NCBI GenBank assembly: GCA_030390025.1
Contig: CM059432.1
Location: 80,974,001-81,038,000, forward strand
Direction of reading: 5' to 3'
Source of the DNA: Squalus acanthias
Taxonomy: Eukaryota
DNA length: 64,000 nt
The stretch's first letter is position 1, and each line of letters begins with the position of its first letter. The notes below the pieces were generated by a model, which worked only from the letters and a program-made list of their open reading frames with translations, searched no databases and was not told the origin of the DNA. A program made the position numbers and the translations under genes. Shown here piece after piece: positions 50,086 to 62,075 of this stretch.

Positions 50086-51229
50086 GCTAGCATTGTGCAG
50101 CCTTGCACGTTAACAGTACCCTTTGCACTGTGTGAAATCATGGTTCTTATGAATTACTTCCAGTGGGAAATGCGTAACCATGTTATCTCCTTTAAAAACA
50201 ATAAACAGAATGGGATCAAATTGTGTTGAGAGACTTGAAATCACCTTCTGATTTGCTACCTTTGCTTCTTATTGGTCAGTGTCAGAAGTTTGACTGAGAT
50301 AAATTACTGTATGTTTTGTATTGGGTGATTGCAGGCTGTGAAAGCGCACTGTCTGTTTTTATCAAAATGTCCATAAATCACCATGGCCCAGGGGTTCAGT
50401 GCAGTACAAAATGAAGAAATTATTTATCACGACCAATCTTGATTTGAAGATGGTGTCTATTTAAGTCATTCTCTAATAAATTATCAATGAGCCATGAGCC
50501 AGTGACAGTTTTTTTTTTGCTTTAGTAGAATTTAAATATATTTGCTGTTGCATTAATTAAACAGCCATATCTGATTAGTTTTATTTCTAGTTGCATCTTT
50601 ATGTAACTATTTTCAAATCGATTGAGCCAGTAAGTAATGCTAAATAATCATCCTGGGAAATAAAGCTACATCAGTTTAAGTAGTGTGTAATTGTACATTA
50701 GTGGTGGTCTCACTGTGTTGGCACTGAATGCTGAGGATTGTATTCAATCCAAGTACTTCCATCTTTTTTTTCTTTTATGGAAGGTCTCTTATAAACTGTA
50801 CTTTACAGATAGAAAAGCATATGTGAGGGAGAAGGGAATAGAGGGTTATGCTGATAGACGGGAGGAGGCTCGAGTGGAGCATAAACACTGGCAAGGACTG
50901 GTTGGGCCGAATGGCCAGTTTCTGTACTGTATATCCAATGTAATATTTCCTTTAATTCTAATTAATAGGTTTCTATTATCACAAGCCTGAAATATTGTCA
51001 TATTTGTACTTTTCTGAGCTTATGCTATATGTAATATTTGGATGAATTGAATTTAACCTGTATACTTGAATTACAGTGAATAGATTGGTATGACTGGTGG
51101 ATTATTGATGACTAGTTAGTTAAGCCGGTAGATTGTCCCTATACCCAAACGCTTTTTACTTGGAAAGTTTTTTGTCAGCTCTTTTTTTCTCTTCTTTTCT
51201 TGCTGTGGTGGTCATGATGATCATGTTAA

Positions 51230-51821
51230 CTCCTGAGGTGTGAGGGTAGCAAGTGACCTGCTCCAGAACCTCCAGCAATGCTGCTTTTTGATCACCCACA
51301 AGGTAGCAGACAACAGGGAGTCAAATGGAGCCAAATTAGAGCAGAGCAAAATGAGAGAGGGGAAAAAAATGAACCTCAGGCTCCAAACTTCCACAACAAT
51401 GAGTAGGCCTGCTAAAAGTTCACCCAGACCTGAGACAACAAAGTTCTGCCACCTGCAAATGATGATTGCTGAAAACTCCTTTTTAATGGTGGAGCTGCAG
51501 CTGTTACTAAGCAATCCACTTGTGAGGCCGCCAGCATTACCTGGCGTGTTCCAGAGAAGGCGTGTTGGATGGGGGAAATGTCTAAAAATCAGAAAGGCCT
51601 CTCAAAATTGGATTATAGAGGTAATTAAGTGGTTGTTAAGGGCCTTAAGGGCCTATTCCGCCTCTTGGAGGCGGGATGGAAACAGGGTCTGAAACCCCGA
51701 TTCTGGGAAAATTGCTCGGAGGCGGGATGGAGGCGGGATCGGGCCCCCATGCCATTTTTTGCGATTTTAACACCTCACACGCCTCCAATTCCGCCTCCTT
51801 AGGCCTGGCAAAATCGAGCCC
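51230..51821. mobile_element. Partial Harbinger-type MITE related to 17116-17882
   Basis: Reverse complement of 51560-51821 (GGGCTCGATTTTG..TTGGAGGCGTGTG..TCCCGCCTCCAAGAGGCGG..GCCCTTAACAA) matches 17116-17330. Left limit uncertain. Confidence 0.75.
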
Positions 51822-51834
51822 CATGTCTACTTGT

Positions 51835-52120
51835 TCAGATAGATGTAAAAGATTCCATGGTACATCTCAGAGAAGAATGGGGAAGGTGCCCCCGTATCCT
51901 GGCACATATTCAGCCCTCAATCGGCGGTGCCAAAACAGATTACGTGGTCATTTATCTCATTTGCCTTTTATAGGACCTTGTTGTATGTAAATTGGGTGCT
52001 GTATTTGCCTACTTAACAACAGAGAGCACACTTCAAAAAAGTAATTAATTGTCTGTGAAGGACTTAGGGACATCCAAAGTATATAAAAGGTGTTATACAT
52101 ATGCAAGTTCATTTTATTTT
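51835..52120 (+). mobile_element. DeuSINE (SacSINE1-like) body and tail
   Basis: GTAAAAGATTCCATGG...AAAACAGATTACGTGGTCATT...ACACTTCAAAA...AAAGGTGTTATACATATGCAAGT. Confidence 0.8.
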
Positions 52121-53449
52121 CCTGAAGGACGTAAAGGAATCAAAATTTTCACAGTACTTCAAAGTGGATATTTTATTTAATTCCGCAGCATTTTAGTAAA
52201 TTAATAAATACATTTAGTATTCTTAATAAATAAAACAAACAGAGTGGAAGGAATTGAAGAGAGACAATTACAGGAGTAAAAATGAGGGATAATTTCGAGA
52301 AAAAAAAATGAGGAAGGGGCTAACAGAATTAGAAATAATGGCATGAAAAGTTGAATTAAATTTCTTTTGGTGCACATAGTCACTGATTTTCTCAATTACT
52401 CGTGTAAACGGGTTTCCTCTGCGAAATTACAGCAGCGGAGTGAGAGCAGCTGGGAGGAAATTCTGGGCCAATATCTAAGGGTAGATTTTTCTGCCTCCAC
52501 CTTGGTGCCAGACAGGAATAATGAACCTGATGCGTGTTGCTCCTGTCCAGGCCCAAGAGTACTGGGATTTCTTGACTGTGTCATTAACCTCCCTGGTGCA
52601 GGTTGCCTCCTGGCAGGGACTAGCTGTGGTAGAAGGGGCAGGAAAGTAATGGACAGCTGTAGCCCTCTCAGGCCTGCTGCTGTGTGTTGGGCATCGTAGG
52701 TTGGGTTTTCGTGCGACTGATGGAGCTCAGTAAGGAGTCAGAAAGTTGTGATTGCGTGTGTGTGTGTGTATCATGGACGGTTGTTAAAAAAAATTCAAAT
52801 TGACCTAGTTTGAAGTCTTTGGCCTCTCCATGGAACCTCTGCAGAAACTCTGACCATCAAGGGTTGGGGCAGGCTACAGCACCATGCTTTTCTGGGAATG
52901 CAGCCAGTGATTCTTAATGGAGGCCAGGAACACCCCTTCCTGCCTCATTAATATGGCTCTGACGAGGTTGCTTACTGCAGTTCCAAGCCTACTTCTTCCC
53001 CTCCACTGTTGAGGCCCTTGAAATTCTTGACCTTTGCAGTAGAAAGCTAGCATAACTCAAGAGGAACATCCTCTCGATCTGCAAAGACCTATTATTTTTC
53101 AATTTAAACGATATACATTGGTCCTGCTTTAGCAATGGGTAATGATTTTAATAAACAGTGCAGACATATGTTCAAAAAAAATTACAAAATATAAAACTGG
53201 TACTTAATGCAATTAGTGGTCTGGGCATATTACAATATTTCTCCTTTCACTATTTCAGATTTGCGCTCGAGGAAATTAATCATTCCCTGGGGCAAGGTTC
53301 AGAAAAATCCACCCTCTAATATGTGATAAGGCATTTTATATACACAGTAGTTTTACAGATGCTGTGCAATCTGCCGTGTATTGTGTTATTGGAAAACTGT
53401 CAACATTTTACCTATTGCTCATATAATTCTCCATGTTAAATAAATAAAA

Positions 53450-55770
53450 TTGAAATAGTGAAGCCTGGAGGTAACAAAAGCATGGATGAGGGTTTCGGCA
53501 GCAGGCAGGGTTGGAGATGGGCTGTTACGGAAGTGGAAATAGGTAGTCTTTGTGATGGAGAGGATATGGGTTGGAAACTCATCTCAGGGTCAAATCGGAC
53601 ACCGAGGTTGTGAACAGTCAGCTTCATCACAAGACGGTGTTCAGAGAGGAGGATGGAATTGGAGACAAGGGTACAAAACTTGTGGCGGGAATCAAAGACG
53701 TTGGTTTCGGTCTGCCCAATGTTGAATTGGAGAAAATTGCAGCTCATCCAGGACTGGATGTTGGACAAGCAGTCTGACAACACATGCAGTGGAGGGGTCA
53801 AGGAAAGTGCTGGAGCGATTAGAGCTAGGTGTTGTCAATGTACATGTGGAACCTGACATGTTGTCAGATATCATTGGATGATGTCACTAAGATTTGCAAG
53901 ATCCGAAATGTATCTTTAAATTGTCCGTGACTATATCAGACCACTCCTGGTACAGGTATATTGTGTATAAGTATAACAGATTTATTAAGCACGTTACATC
54001 CAGTACAAAGAAGTAATACTTAACAAGATGATAGTCGCAATCTGTTCCTTGGAACCCCAACGCGCCCACCGGGTGACTGCGGCATGGTCTCTTTTCTCAG
54101 TCTTGCTGTGTTCTGTTGACTGAAGTTTCTCTTCCTCTGGTTTCGCGCTGCCTTCAGTGTTCAATAGCTGTTCCTTTTTTCCCTTTTTTCCCCCTTCAAA
54201 ATACATAGCAACTTGCAGCTGCTTGGGCTATCTCACCATTCTGACCTTTAATAGTACGGTCTATGATTTCCTCCCTTTTTCTGCTGTGAGCTTTGAGTAT
54301 GAGAACTTTTACATAGCCAGACTTCCCACAAATTACGGCAGATGTCTTTTGCCTTTCTCATAGCCCATTATCTAGCTTTTCTGAAACTTCAGCGATAAGG
54401 GATGTTAGGTGATGAAAACCCCTATTCTACTTTAAAATATAAGTAATATTTATTCTTCACTGGCTTCTTGTTTTTAATATAACAGAAAAATTACACTATT
54501 TCAGCACTATTCTTGCAGTTAACATAATGTTGGCTTAATTTTACCATCATGCTTTGCTTCTCAGCCTTGTGTCTTTTTAACTAAGGTTATACATATTGTA
54601 ACAAAGATTTTATGCTTCTAACATGCATTATTATATATCATAGTAATTCTAAGAAAAGCATTGCATTTAAAACATTATAAAATCATACAGATAAGCTCTA
54701 TTCTACAATATCCCTACCTTGAGGGCGAGGCATTTTTGCCAATGTCGGATATCATTGGATGATGTCACTGATGGGCAGCATGTAGATGAGGAAGAGGAGG
54801 CGATCAAGGATATATCCTCGGGGAACTCCAGATGTAATGGTATGGGAGCAGGAAGAGATGCCATTGCTGGAGATGCTCTGGCTACAATTGGACAGGTAAG
54901 AGTGGAACCAGGCAAGAGAAGTCCCATTCAGCTGAACAACGAAGGAGAGACATTGGAGGAGGGTGGTGGTGTTGACTGTGTTGAAGGCTGCAAAAGTGGG
55001 TCCAGAAGGGCGAGAAGAGATCGTGCACCAAGGTCACCATCAGAGAGGATGCAATTCGTGACTTTGATTAGAGCCATTTCAGTGCTGTGGCAGTGGCGGA
55101 AACCTGGAAAAGATGGACATGGATTTGGGGGCGACAACATGTTCAAGGACTTTAGAGAGGAAAGGGAAGTTGGAGATGGGGTCGAGGGTGTTTTTTTGGC
55201 GGAGGGGTTGATAATGGTAGTTTTAAAAGGGGCTGGGACCATACCTGAGGGGAGGAAACTATTTACAATATCAGTTAGCATGGGAGCCAAGAAGGGAAAT
55301 ATAGTGGTCAGCAGTTTCGCAGGAATAGGGTTGAGAGTAGAAGGTGGGTTTCATGGACAGGATAAGCTTGGAGAGGGCATGAGGGAAGATAGGAGAGAAA
55401 CTAAAGAAAGAGGTGGGTTCAGAGATAGGGCAGGGGAGGACCTTAGGGGAAGTTTGGCTTGGTGGGAAAGGAGAAGCAGGGAGCAAAGACAGCTGAAACG
55501 GATGGGTCTCAATCCTAGCAACAAAGATGTACATGGGCCCCTTGCATGTTGTTGGAGGTGAGAGCAAATGGGGCAGGGAAGAGGGGTTTAAGGCGATGTT
55601 TTGTAGTGTTAAAAGAAGCCGGGAGTTGTCTTTGCATTCCAAGATGATCCTGGAGCAGTGAATAGTTTTGGCAGAGGGGGGCAGGGCCCAATAATCCTTG
55701 ATGTGGCCCAGGTAGATCTGGCAATGGATGGCTAAACCAATTGTGTGCCAACTATTTTTCAGTCTGAGCC
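53450..55770 (-). mobile_element. Old L2 LINE (RT region) split by an ~854-bp insert
   Basis: LSDCLSNIQSWMSCNFLQFNIGQTE, VHNLGVRFD, GFRHCHSTEMALIKVTN, IVNSFLPSGMVPAPFKT. Confidence 0.88.
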
Positions 55771-56496
55771 AATTGGATGAGGGAGTGAAGATGGCAGCCA
55801 TACCAGGGGGAACAACCAGGATGGGAGATGGTAACAGTTTTACTGGGGATAAGGGCATCACAACCATGTAAAGCTGTCATAGATGACAGGGTCCTGCAGT
55901 ACAAGCTTTCCGTACCCACACTGTACAAACACTAGGATCGGTACCTGATGAGGATATTTATCAAGGGCATCAGACAAATCTTTAACCTCTTCACCTTAAC
56001 TCCTCATCAAGGAACCGCCCGTCTAGGGTTTACCACTCAGTCTATGACTAGGAGTGAATGATGCCAAAACATGGCTCACTAAACTGTCTTGCATCAACTA
56101 ATTGGATTACATTACCAATACCATTAGGATCCACACAGGTTTCTGAGTTAATAAATTAACCCTTTCTTGCCATATCATCAAAGAGAAAGGCAGATAATAA
56201 AGTTGTGAACTAACAATTATTTATTAAGCTCAGAATCGTAATTAGCGGTACTTAATCATTGACTATGCAGACTCTTAGTAGAAAGTATTAAAAGACAAAA
56301 TGAATAACAGAGGCTACAAACACAATTCAGTAATGTAGTTTTTATTTGACAGTTGGTAGTTGATGTGTGATTGGATAGCCAATCTAGTGAGCAATGTCTC
56401 CAGAACTTGTACAACTTCACTTTAAGAGCTGGTTGCCTGGCCTTCCTCTGGGATGATGGTTTTAACCTTCTGAGACTTCACATTGATGAAACTCCT

Positions 56497-58528
56497 TTGT
56501 ATTGGTGTTTACTAAGGAGGTGAATGCTGACAAAATATCGGTAGCAGTGGAAAAGGTAGAAGCAATGGAAGGGGTGAAAATTGATAGACAGGATGTACTA
56601 GAAAGGCTGGGTATGCTTAGAGTGGATAAGTCGCCTGGTCCAGATGGCTTGCATCCCAGATTGCTAAGGGAATTGGGGGAGGAGATAGCGGAAGGGCTTG
56701 CCATAATTTTCCTATCTTCCCTAGATGCGGGGGAGGTGCCTGAGGATTGGAAAGTGGCAAATGTGACACCATTATTCAAGAAAGGGTGTAAGGACAATCC
56801 TAGTAACTACAGGCCAGTCAGTTTAACATCAGTGGTGGGTAACGTTTTAGAAACAATAATCAAGGAAAACATTAACGGGCACTTGGAAAGGTTTAAGCTA
56901 ATTAAGGAGAGCCAACATGGATTTGTAAAAGGCAGATCATGTTTGACTAATCTAATTGAATTTTTTGATGAAGTAACGGGGAGCATCAATGAAGGGAATG
57001 CAATGGATGTTGTCTACGTGGATTTTCGGAAGGCGTTTGACAAAGTACCACATAGAAGGCTGGTTAACAAAATTGAGGCTCATGGAATAGGTGGGTCAGT
57101 GGCAGCTTGGATAAGGAATTGGCTTAAGGACAGAAAACAGCAAGTTATGGTAAATGGCTGTTTATCAGACTGGAGTATGGTAGACAGTGGTGTTCCGCAA
57201 GGGTCAGTGCTGGGGCCACTGCTTTTTTTGAAATATATAAATGACCTGGATATTGGAATACAAAGTAGAATTTCTAAATTTGCCGATGACACCAAACTTG
57301 GGGGTATGGCAAACAGTGAGGATGATACCAATCGACTGCAACAGGACTCAGAAAGGCTAGCAGAATGGGCAGACAAGTGGCAGATGGAATTTAATACAGA
57401 GAAGTGTGAGGTGATGCATTTTGGCAGAAGGAACAGGGAGAGGCAATATACACTTAATGGCACAGTTTTAAATAGTGTGCAGGGACAGAGGGACCTGGGA
57501 GTAAATGTGCATAGGTCCCTGAAGGTGGCAGGACATATTGAGAGAGTGGTTAGCAAAGCATATGGGATCTTGGGTTTCATAAATAGAGGTATTGAGTACA
57601 AAAGTAGAGAAGTTATGCTGAACCTGTATAAAGCGCTGATTAGGCCACAACTGGAGTATTGCATCCAGTTCTGGTCACCACACTTTAGGAAGGATGTGCA
57701 GGCCCTTGCGGGGGTGCAGAGGAGATTTACCAGAATGGTTCTGGGGATGGGGGATCTTAGCTACGAGGACAGGTTGGAGAAGCTGGATTTGTTTTCATTA
57801 GAGCAAAGGAGGTTGAGGGGTGATTTGATAGAGGTGTACAACACGGTGATTTGATAGAGGGGCAACACGGTGGCATAGTGGTTAGCACTGTTGCCTCACA
57901 GCGCCAGGGACCCGGGTTCGAATCCGGCCTCGGGTGACTGTCTGTGTGGAGTTTGCACATTCTCCCCGTGTCTGCGTGGGTTTCCTCCGGGTGCTCCGGT
58001 TTCCTCCCACAGTCCAAAGATGTGCGGGTTAGGTTGATTTGGCTATGATAAATTGACCCTTAGTGTTAGGGGGATTAAATACGTGGGGTTACGGGGATAG
58101 GGTGGGATATGTGTCGGTGCAGGCTCGATGGGCCGAAATGGCCTCTATCTGCACTGTGGGGATTCTGTGATACAAGATTATGACGGGTTTGGATAGGCTA
58201 GACGGGGAAAGGCTGTTCCCACTAGTTGATGGTACAAGGACTAGGGGACACAGATTTAAGGTTTTGGGCAAGAGATACAGGGGGGACGTGAGGAAAAACT
58301 TTTTTACGCAGCGAGTGGTGAGGACCTGGAACTCGCTGCCGATGGAAGTGGTGGAAGCGGACACACTCAATGTTTTCAAGGGGAGACTGGATAGGCACTA
58401 GAGGGAAATAAACTTGCAGGGCTACGGGGATAGAGCGGGGGAATTGGACTGACTGGATTGCTCTACTGAGAGCTGGCACGGACTCAATGGGCCGAATGGC
58501 CTCCTTCTGTGCCATTATGACTATGACC
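56497..58528 (+). mobile_element. Young CR1 LINE (HER1-like), 5'-truncated, interrupted by a V-SINE
   Basis: Open 450-aa frame with a complete RT ([37 protein letters not shown]). Continues at 58171. (TATGAC)n tail. Confidence 0.97.
57859..58170 (+). mobile_element. Full-length V-SINE (HE1-like, tRNA-derived)
   Basis: A box TGGCATAGTGG (57871-81), B box GGTTCGAATCC (57915-25), V domain, CR1-like tail. TACAA repeated on both flanks. Confidence 0.93.
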
Positions 58529-58604
58529 CTGCTCCTGGGTAAATTCACCTGGTAGCTGTATCTGGACTAGTTGGTTTAAGTCTCCCTTCCCTGATCTAAA
58601 ACCT

Positions 58605-58827
58605 GAAGACTTCACTTAGAGTATTGTGTGCAGTATTGAGCTGCACACTAAAGGAAGCATATTGAGGCCGAAGAGAGTGTACAACACTGATTCACGAGAA
58701 TGCTGCCTGGTACGAGGAAATACAAGTATGAAGAAAAACTTGAAAAATTGTGTCTTTCATTAGAACAATGCAGATTATGGGGCAATATAATAGAATTGTT
58801 TAAAAATATGAAGGGATGGGATTGGGT
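58605..58827 (+). mobile_element. Old CR1 fragment
   Basis: CACTTAGAGTATTGTGTGCAGT...TTTCATTAGAACAA..AGATT. Confidence 0.7.
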
Positions 58828-59273
58828 ATCATAGAATCACAGAATAGTGCAGCACAGAAGGAGGCCATTCGGCCCATTGAGTTTGTGCTGGCTCTTTCGA
58901 AGAGCAATCCAGTTAGTCCCACTCACCCGCTCTTTCCTGATATCCCTGCATTTTTTTTCTCCTTCAAGTATTTATCCAATTCTCTTTTGGAGGCTACTAT
59001 TGAATCTGTATCCACCATGCTATCAGGCAGTGCATTCGAAATCCTAACCACTATTTGCATTAAAAAGTTTTTCCTCATATCACCTCTGGTTCTTTTGCCA
59101 ATCACCTTAAATCTGTGCCCTCTCGTTATCGACCCTTCAGGCATTTGGAAACTTCCTGGCTTTTGTACTCTCTGCCTCTATTTATAAATGTGGAGATGCC
59201 GGTGTTGGACTGGGGTGGACAAAATTGAGAGGTCGCACAACACCAGGTTATAGTCCAACAGTTTTATTTGAAA

Positions 59274-59315
59274 TCACAAGCTTTCGGAGTTATCGATTGC
59301 TCCTTCCTCAGGTGA
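59274..59315 (-). ncRNA. Minimal type I hammerhead ribozyme (left arm)
   Basis: Minus strand: UCAC-CUGAGGA-A-GGAGC-AAUCGAUA-ACUCC-GAAA-GCUU^GUGA. One stem II mismatch. Confidence 0.75.
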
Positions 59316-59358
59316 AGTAAATCTATATATGCTTTGGCGATTCTGTATCTAATTTACT

Positions 59359-59400
59359 TCACCTGAGGAAGGAGCAATCGATAGCTCCGAAAGCTTGTGA
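59359..59400 (+). ncRNA. Minimal type I hammerhead ribozyme (right arm)
   Basis: UCAC-CUGAGGA-A-GGAGC-AAUCGAUA-GCUCC-GAAA-GCUU^GUGA. Stem I UCAC/GUGA, stem II GGAGC/GCUCC, palindromic AGCU stem III. Confidence 0.85.
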
Positions 59401-62075
59401 TTTCAAATAAAACTGTTGGACTATAACCTGGTGTTGTGCGACCTCTCAATTCTATTTATAAAGCCCAGGATCCCATATGCTTTATTAACTGTTTTGTTAA
59501 CCTGTCCTGCCACCTTCAAAGATTTGCGCACAAGCACCTCCTCAGTGTCTCTGTTCGTCCACCCACTCTAAAATCGTACCATTTAGTATGCATGGTCTCT
59601 CCTCATTCTTCCTTTCAAAATGAATCACCTCACACTTCTCTGTGTTGAAATTCATCTGCCATGTGTCCGCCCATTCCACCAGCCTGTCTATGTCTTCTTG
59701 CAGTCTATTACTATCTTCCTCACTGTTTACTACACTTCCAAGTTTCGTGTCATCTGCAAATTTCAAAATTGTGCCCTGTACACCCAAGTCCAAGTCATTT
59801 AATGTACATCAAAAACAGCCGTGGTCCTAGTACTGAGCCGTGGGAACCCCACTGTATACCTCCCTCCAGTTCGAATAACAGCCATTCATCACAACTCTCT
59901 GTTTTCTATACCATAACCAATTTTTTATCCATGCTGCTACTGGCCCTTTTATCCCGTGGGCTTCAATTTTGCTAACAAACCTAATATATGGTACTTTATC
60001 AAATGTCTTTTGAAGGTTCATTTACACAACATCAACTGCACTGCCCTTATCCACCCTCTCTGTTACCTCATCAAAAAACTCAATCTTAAGTTAGGCAAAC
60101 ACGATTTGCCCGTAACAAAAATCCATGCTGGCTCTCCTTTATTAGTCCTCATTTGTCCAAGTGGCTGTTAATTTTCCCCCGGATTATTGTTTCTAAAAGC
60201 TCCCCCACCACTAACGTTAAACTGACTGGCCTGTAGTTACCAGGTTTATCCTTCTCCTCTTTTGAACAAGAGTGGAAGATTTGCAATCCTCCAGTCCTTT
60301 GGCACCATCCCTGTATCTAAGGAGGATTGGAAGATTGGGGCCAGCACCTCCACCATTTCTACCCTTACTTCCCTCAGAACCTAGGATGCATCCCACCCAG
60401 ACCGGGTGACTTACCAACTTTAATTATCGCCAGCCAGTCCAGTACCTCCTTTTTATCTATTTTTATCTCATCCAGTATCCCAGCAACCTCCTCGTTTACC
60501 ATGGCTTTGCCAAAGTCCTCTTCCTTGGTAAACACCGATGCAAAGTACTCATTTAGTACAACAGCCATGCCTTCTGCCTCCACCAGTAGTTCTCCATTTT
60601 GGTCCCTAATCTGCCCCAATGCTCCACTGACGACCCTTTTACTGTTACTATACTGTGCATATAGACGACCTTTGGATTCCCTTTTCTGTTAGCCACCAAT
60701 CTATTCTTCTACTGTCTCTTTGTCCCTCTTATTTCCTTTTTCGCTTCTGGTTTTTACTTTTTATATTCAAATTCTCCCTTGTATTATCAAGCTGACATCT
60801 GTCATACGCCCCCTTTTTCTGCTTCATCATGCTCTCTAATTCTTCATCATCCAGGGAACTCTGGCTTTGGTTGCCCTCCCTTTCCCCCTTGTAGGAATGT
60901 ACGTAGACTGTACCCGAACCATCTCCGCTTTAAAGGCTGCCCATTGCTCCATTACATTTATGTCTGCCAGTCTTTGAGTTCAATTTACTTGGGCCAGATC
61001 CCTCCTCAATTCGCTGAAATTAGCTCTCCTCCAGTTTTTTTATTCTAGATTGCTCCTTGTCCTTCTCCATAACTAATCTAAACCTTACAATACTATAATC
61101 ACTATTCCCAAGATGCTGTCTAACTGTGACATTCTCCACTTGACCCACCTCATTCCTCAGGACTAGATCCAGCAATGCCTCCTTCCTTGTTGGGCAGGAA
61201 ACATACTGATCCAAGAAAATTCTCCTTAACACACTTCAGAAATTCCTCCCCTGCTCTGCCCTTAACACAATCACTGCCCCATTCAATATTGGGGTAGTTA
61301 AAGTCTCCCATTACTCTACTTTCTCATCTCTGTCGTTCTTGCAGCCCTCAGTAATTTCTTCACAAATCTGCTCCTCTATCTCCTTCCCACTATTTGGTGG
61401 CCTATAAAATACACCAAGTAGCTAATAATTCCTTTATTGTTTCTCAACTCCAACCAAATAGATTCTGTCTTTGATCCCTCAAGGACATTCTCTCTATCTA
61501 GCACTGTAATATTTTTTCCTTAGGCAAAACTGCTACCCCTCCTCCTTTTTTCCCCTTCCCTATCTTTCCTGAATACTTTGTACTTGGGAATATTAAGCAT
61601 CCAATCCTCCCCTTTTTGTGCCAGGTCTCCGTTATTGCCACTACATCATATTCCCACATGGCTATTTGCCCCTGCAGCTCACCGACCTTATTAACCACAT
61701 TTTGTGCATTTACACCCTTGCACTCCAAACCTAACTTAGACCTCTTTGTATTTTCGATGATCCCACCTAATTCTGTGTTATTTCTAACTCTAACTGTCTC
61801 TCCCAGTCCTCTGAGCACCTTGTTTCTACTTTTTAAAACTACATCCTGGCATAGCATGGCCAAATTAGTTTAAACCCACCCCCACAGCACTAGTTAACTG
61901 TCCGCAAGGATATTAGTCCCAGCTTTGTTCAGGTGCAACCCATCCATCTTGAACAAGTCCCTTCTGCCACAGAACTGATCCCAATGTCCCAGGAATCTGA
62001 CGCCCTTCCTCCTGCACCATGTCTCTAGCCTCACAGTAACCTGCCATATCTTCCTATTTCTACTCTCATTAGCAC

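Larger units (their letters stand above)
59189..59450. mobile_element. Penelope-like terminal-repeat insertion arranged as an inverted repeat
   Basis: 12-bp TSD TCTATTTATAAA (59177-88, 59451-62). Arms 59223-59322 and 59352-59451 are 99/100 complementary, with a 29-nt loop. Confidence 0.92.
58828..62075 (-). mobile_element. Long decayed CR1: ORF1 esterase-like end, endonuclease, RT, 3' UTR (internal deletion near 59140)
   Basis: ORF1 WCRRKGVRFLGHWDQF..DGLHLN. Endonuclease YDVVAITETW, PTRKEALLDLVL, LGNSD. RT FADDTKLG. 3' UTR at 58828-58900. Confidence 0.93.

Noticed and set aside
54719..55561. 280-aa plus-strand ORF
   Set aside because: Antisense shadow of a decayed L2 RT region.
55940..56016. 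CTGATGAG as another hammerhead
   Set aside because: No stem II or GAAA follows; there is only an imperfect inverted repeat with TCCTCATCAAGGAACC.
55867..56490. Solo LTR
   Set aside because: LTR-like composition, but I found no TG..CA pair with a matching TSD; left unassigned.
57859..57935. tRNA gene
   Set aside because: The A and B boxes run straight into the V domain and a LINE-derived tail inside a CR1, so this is a SINE head.
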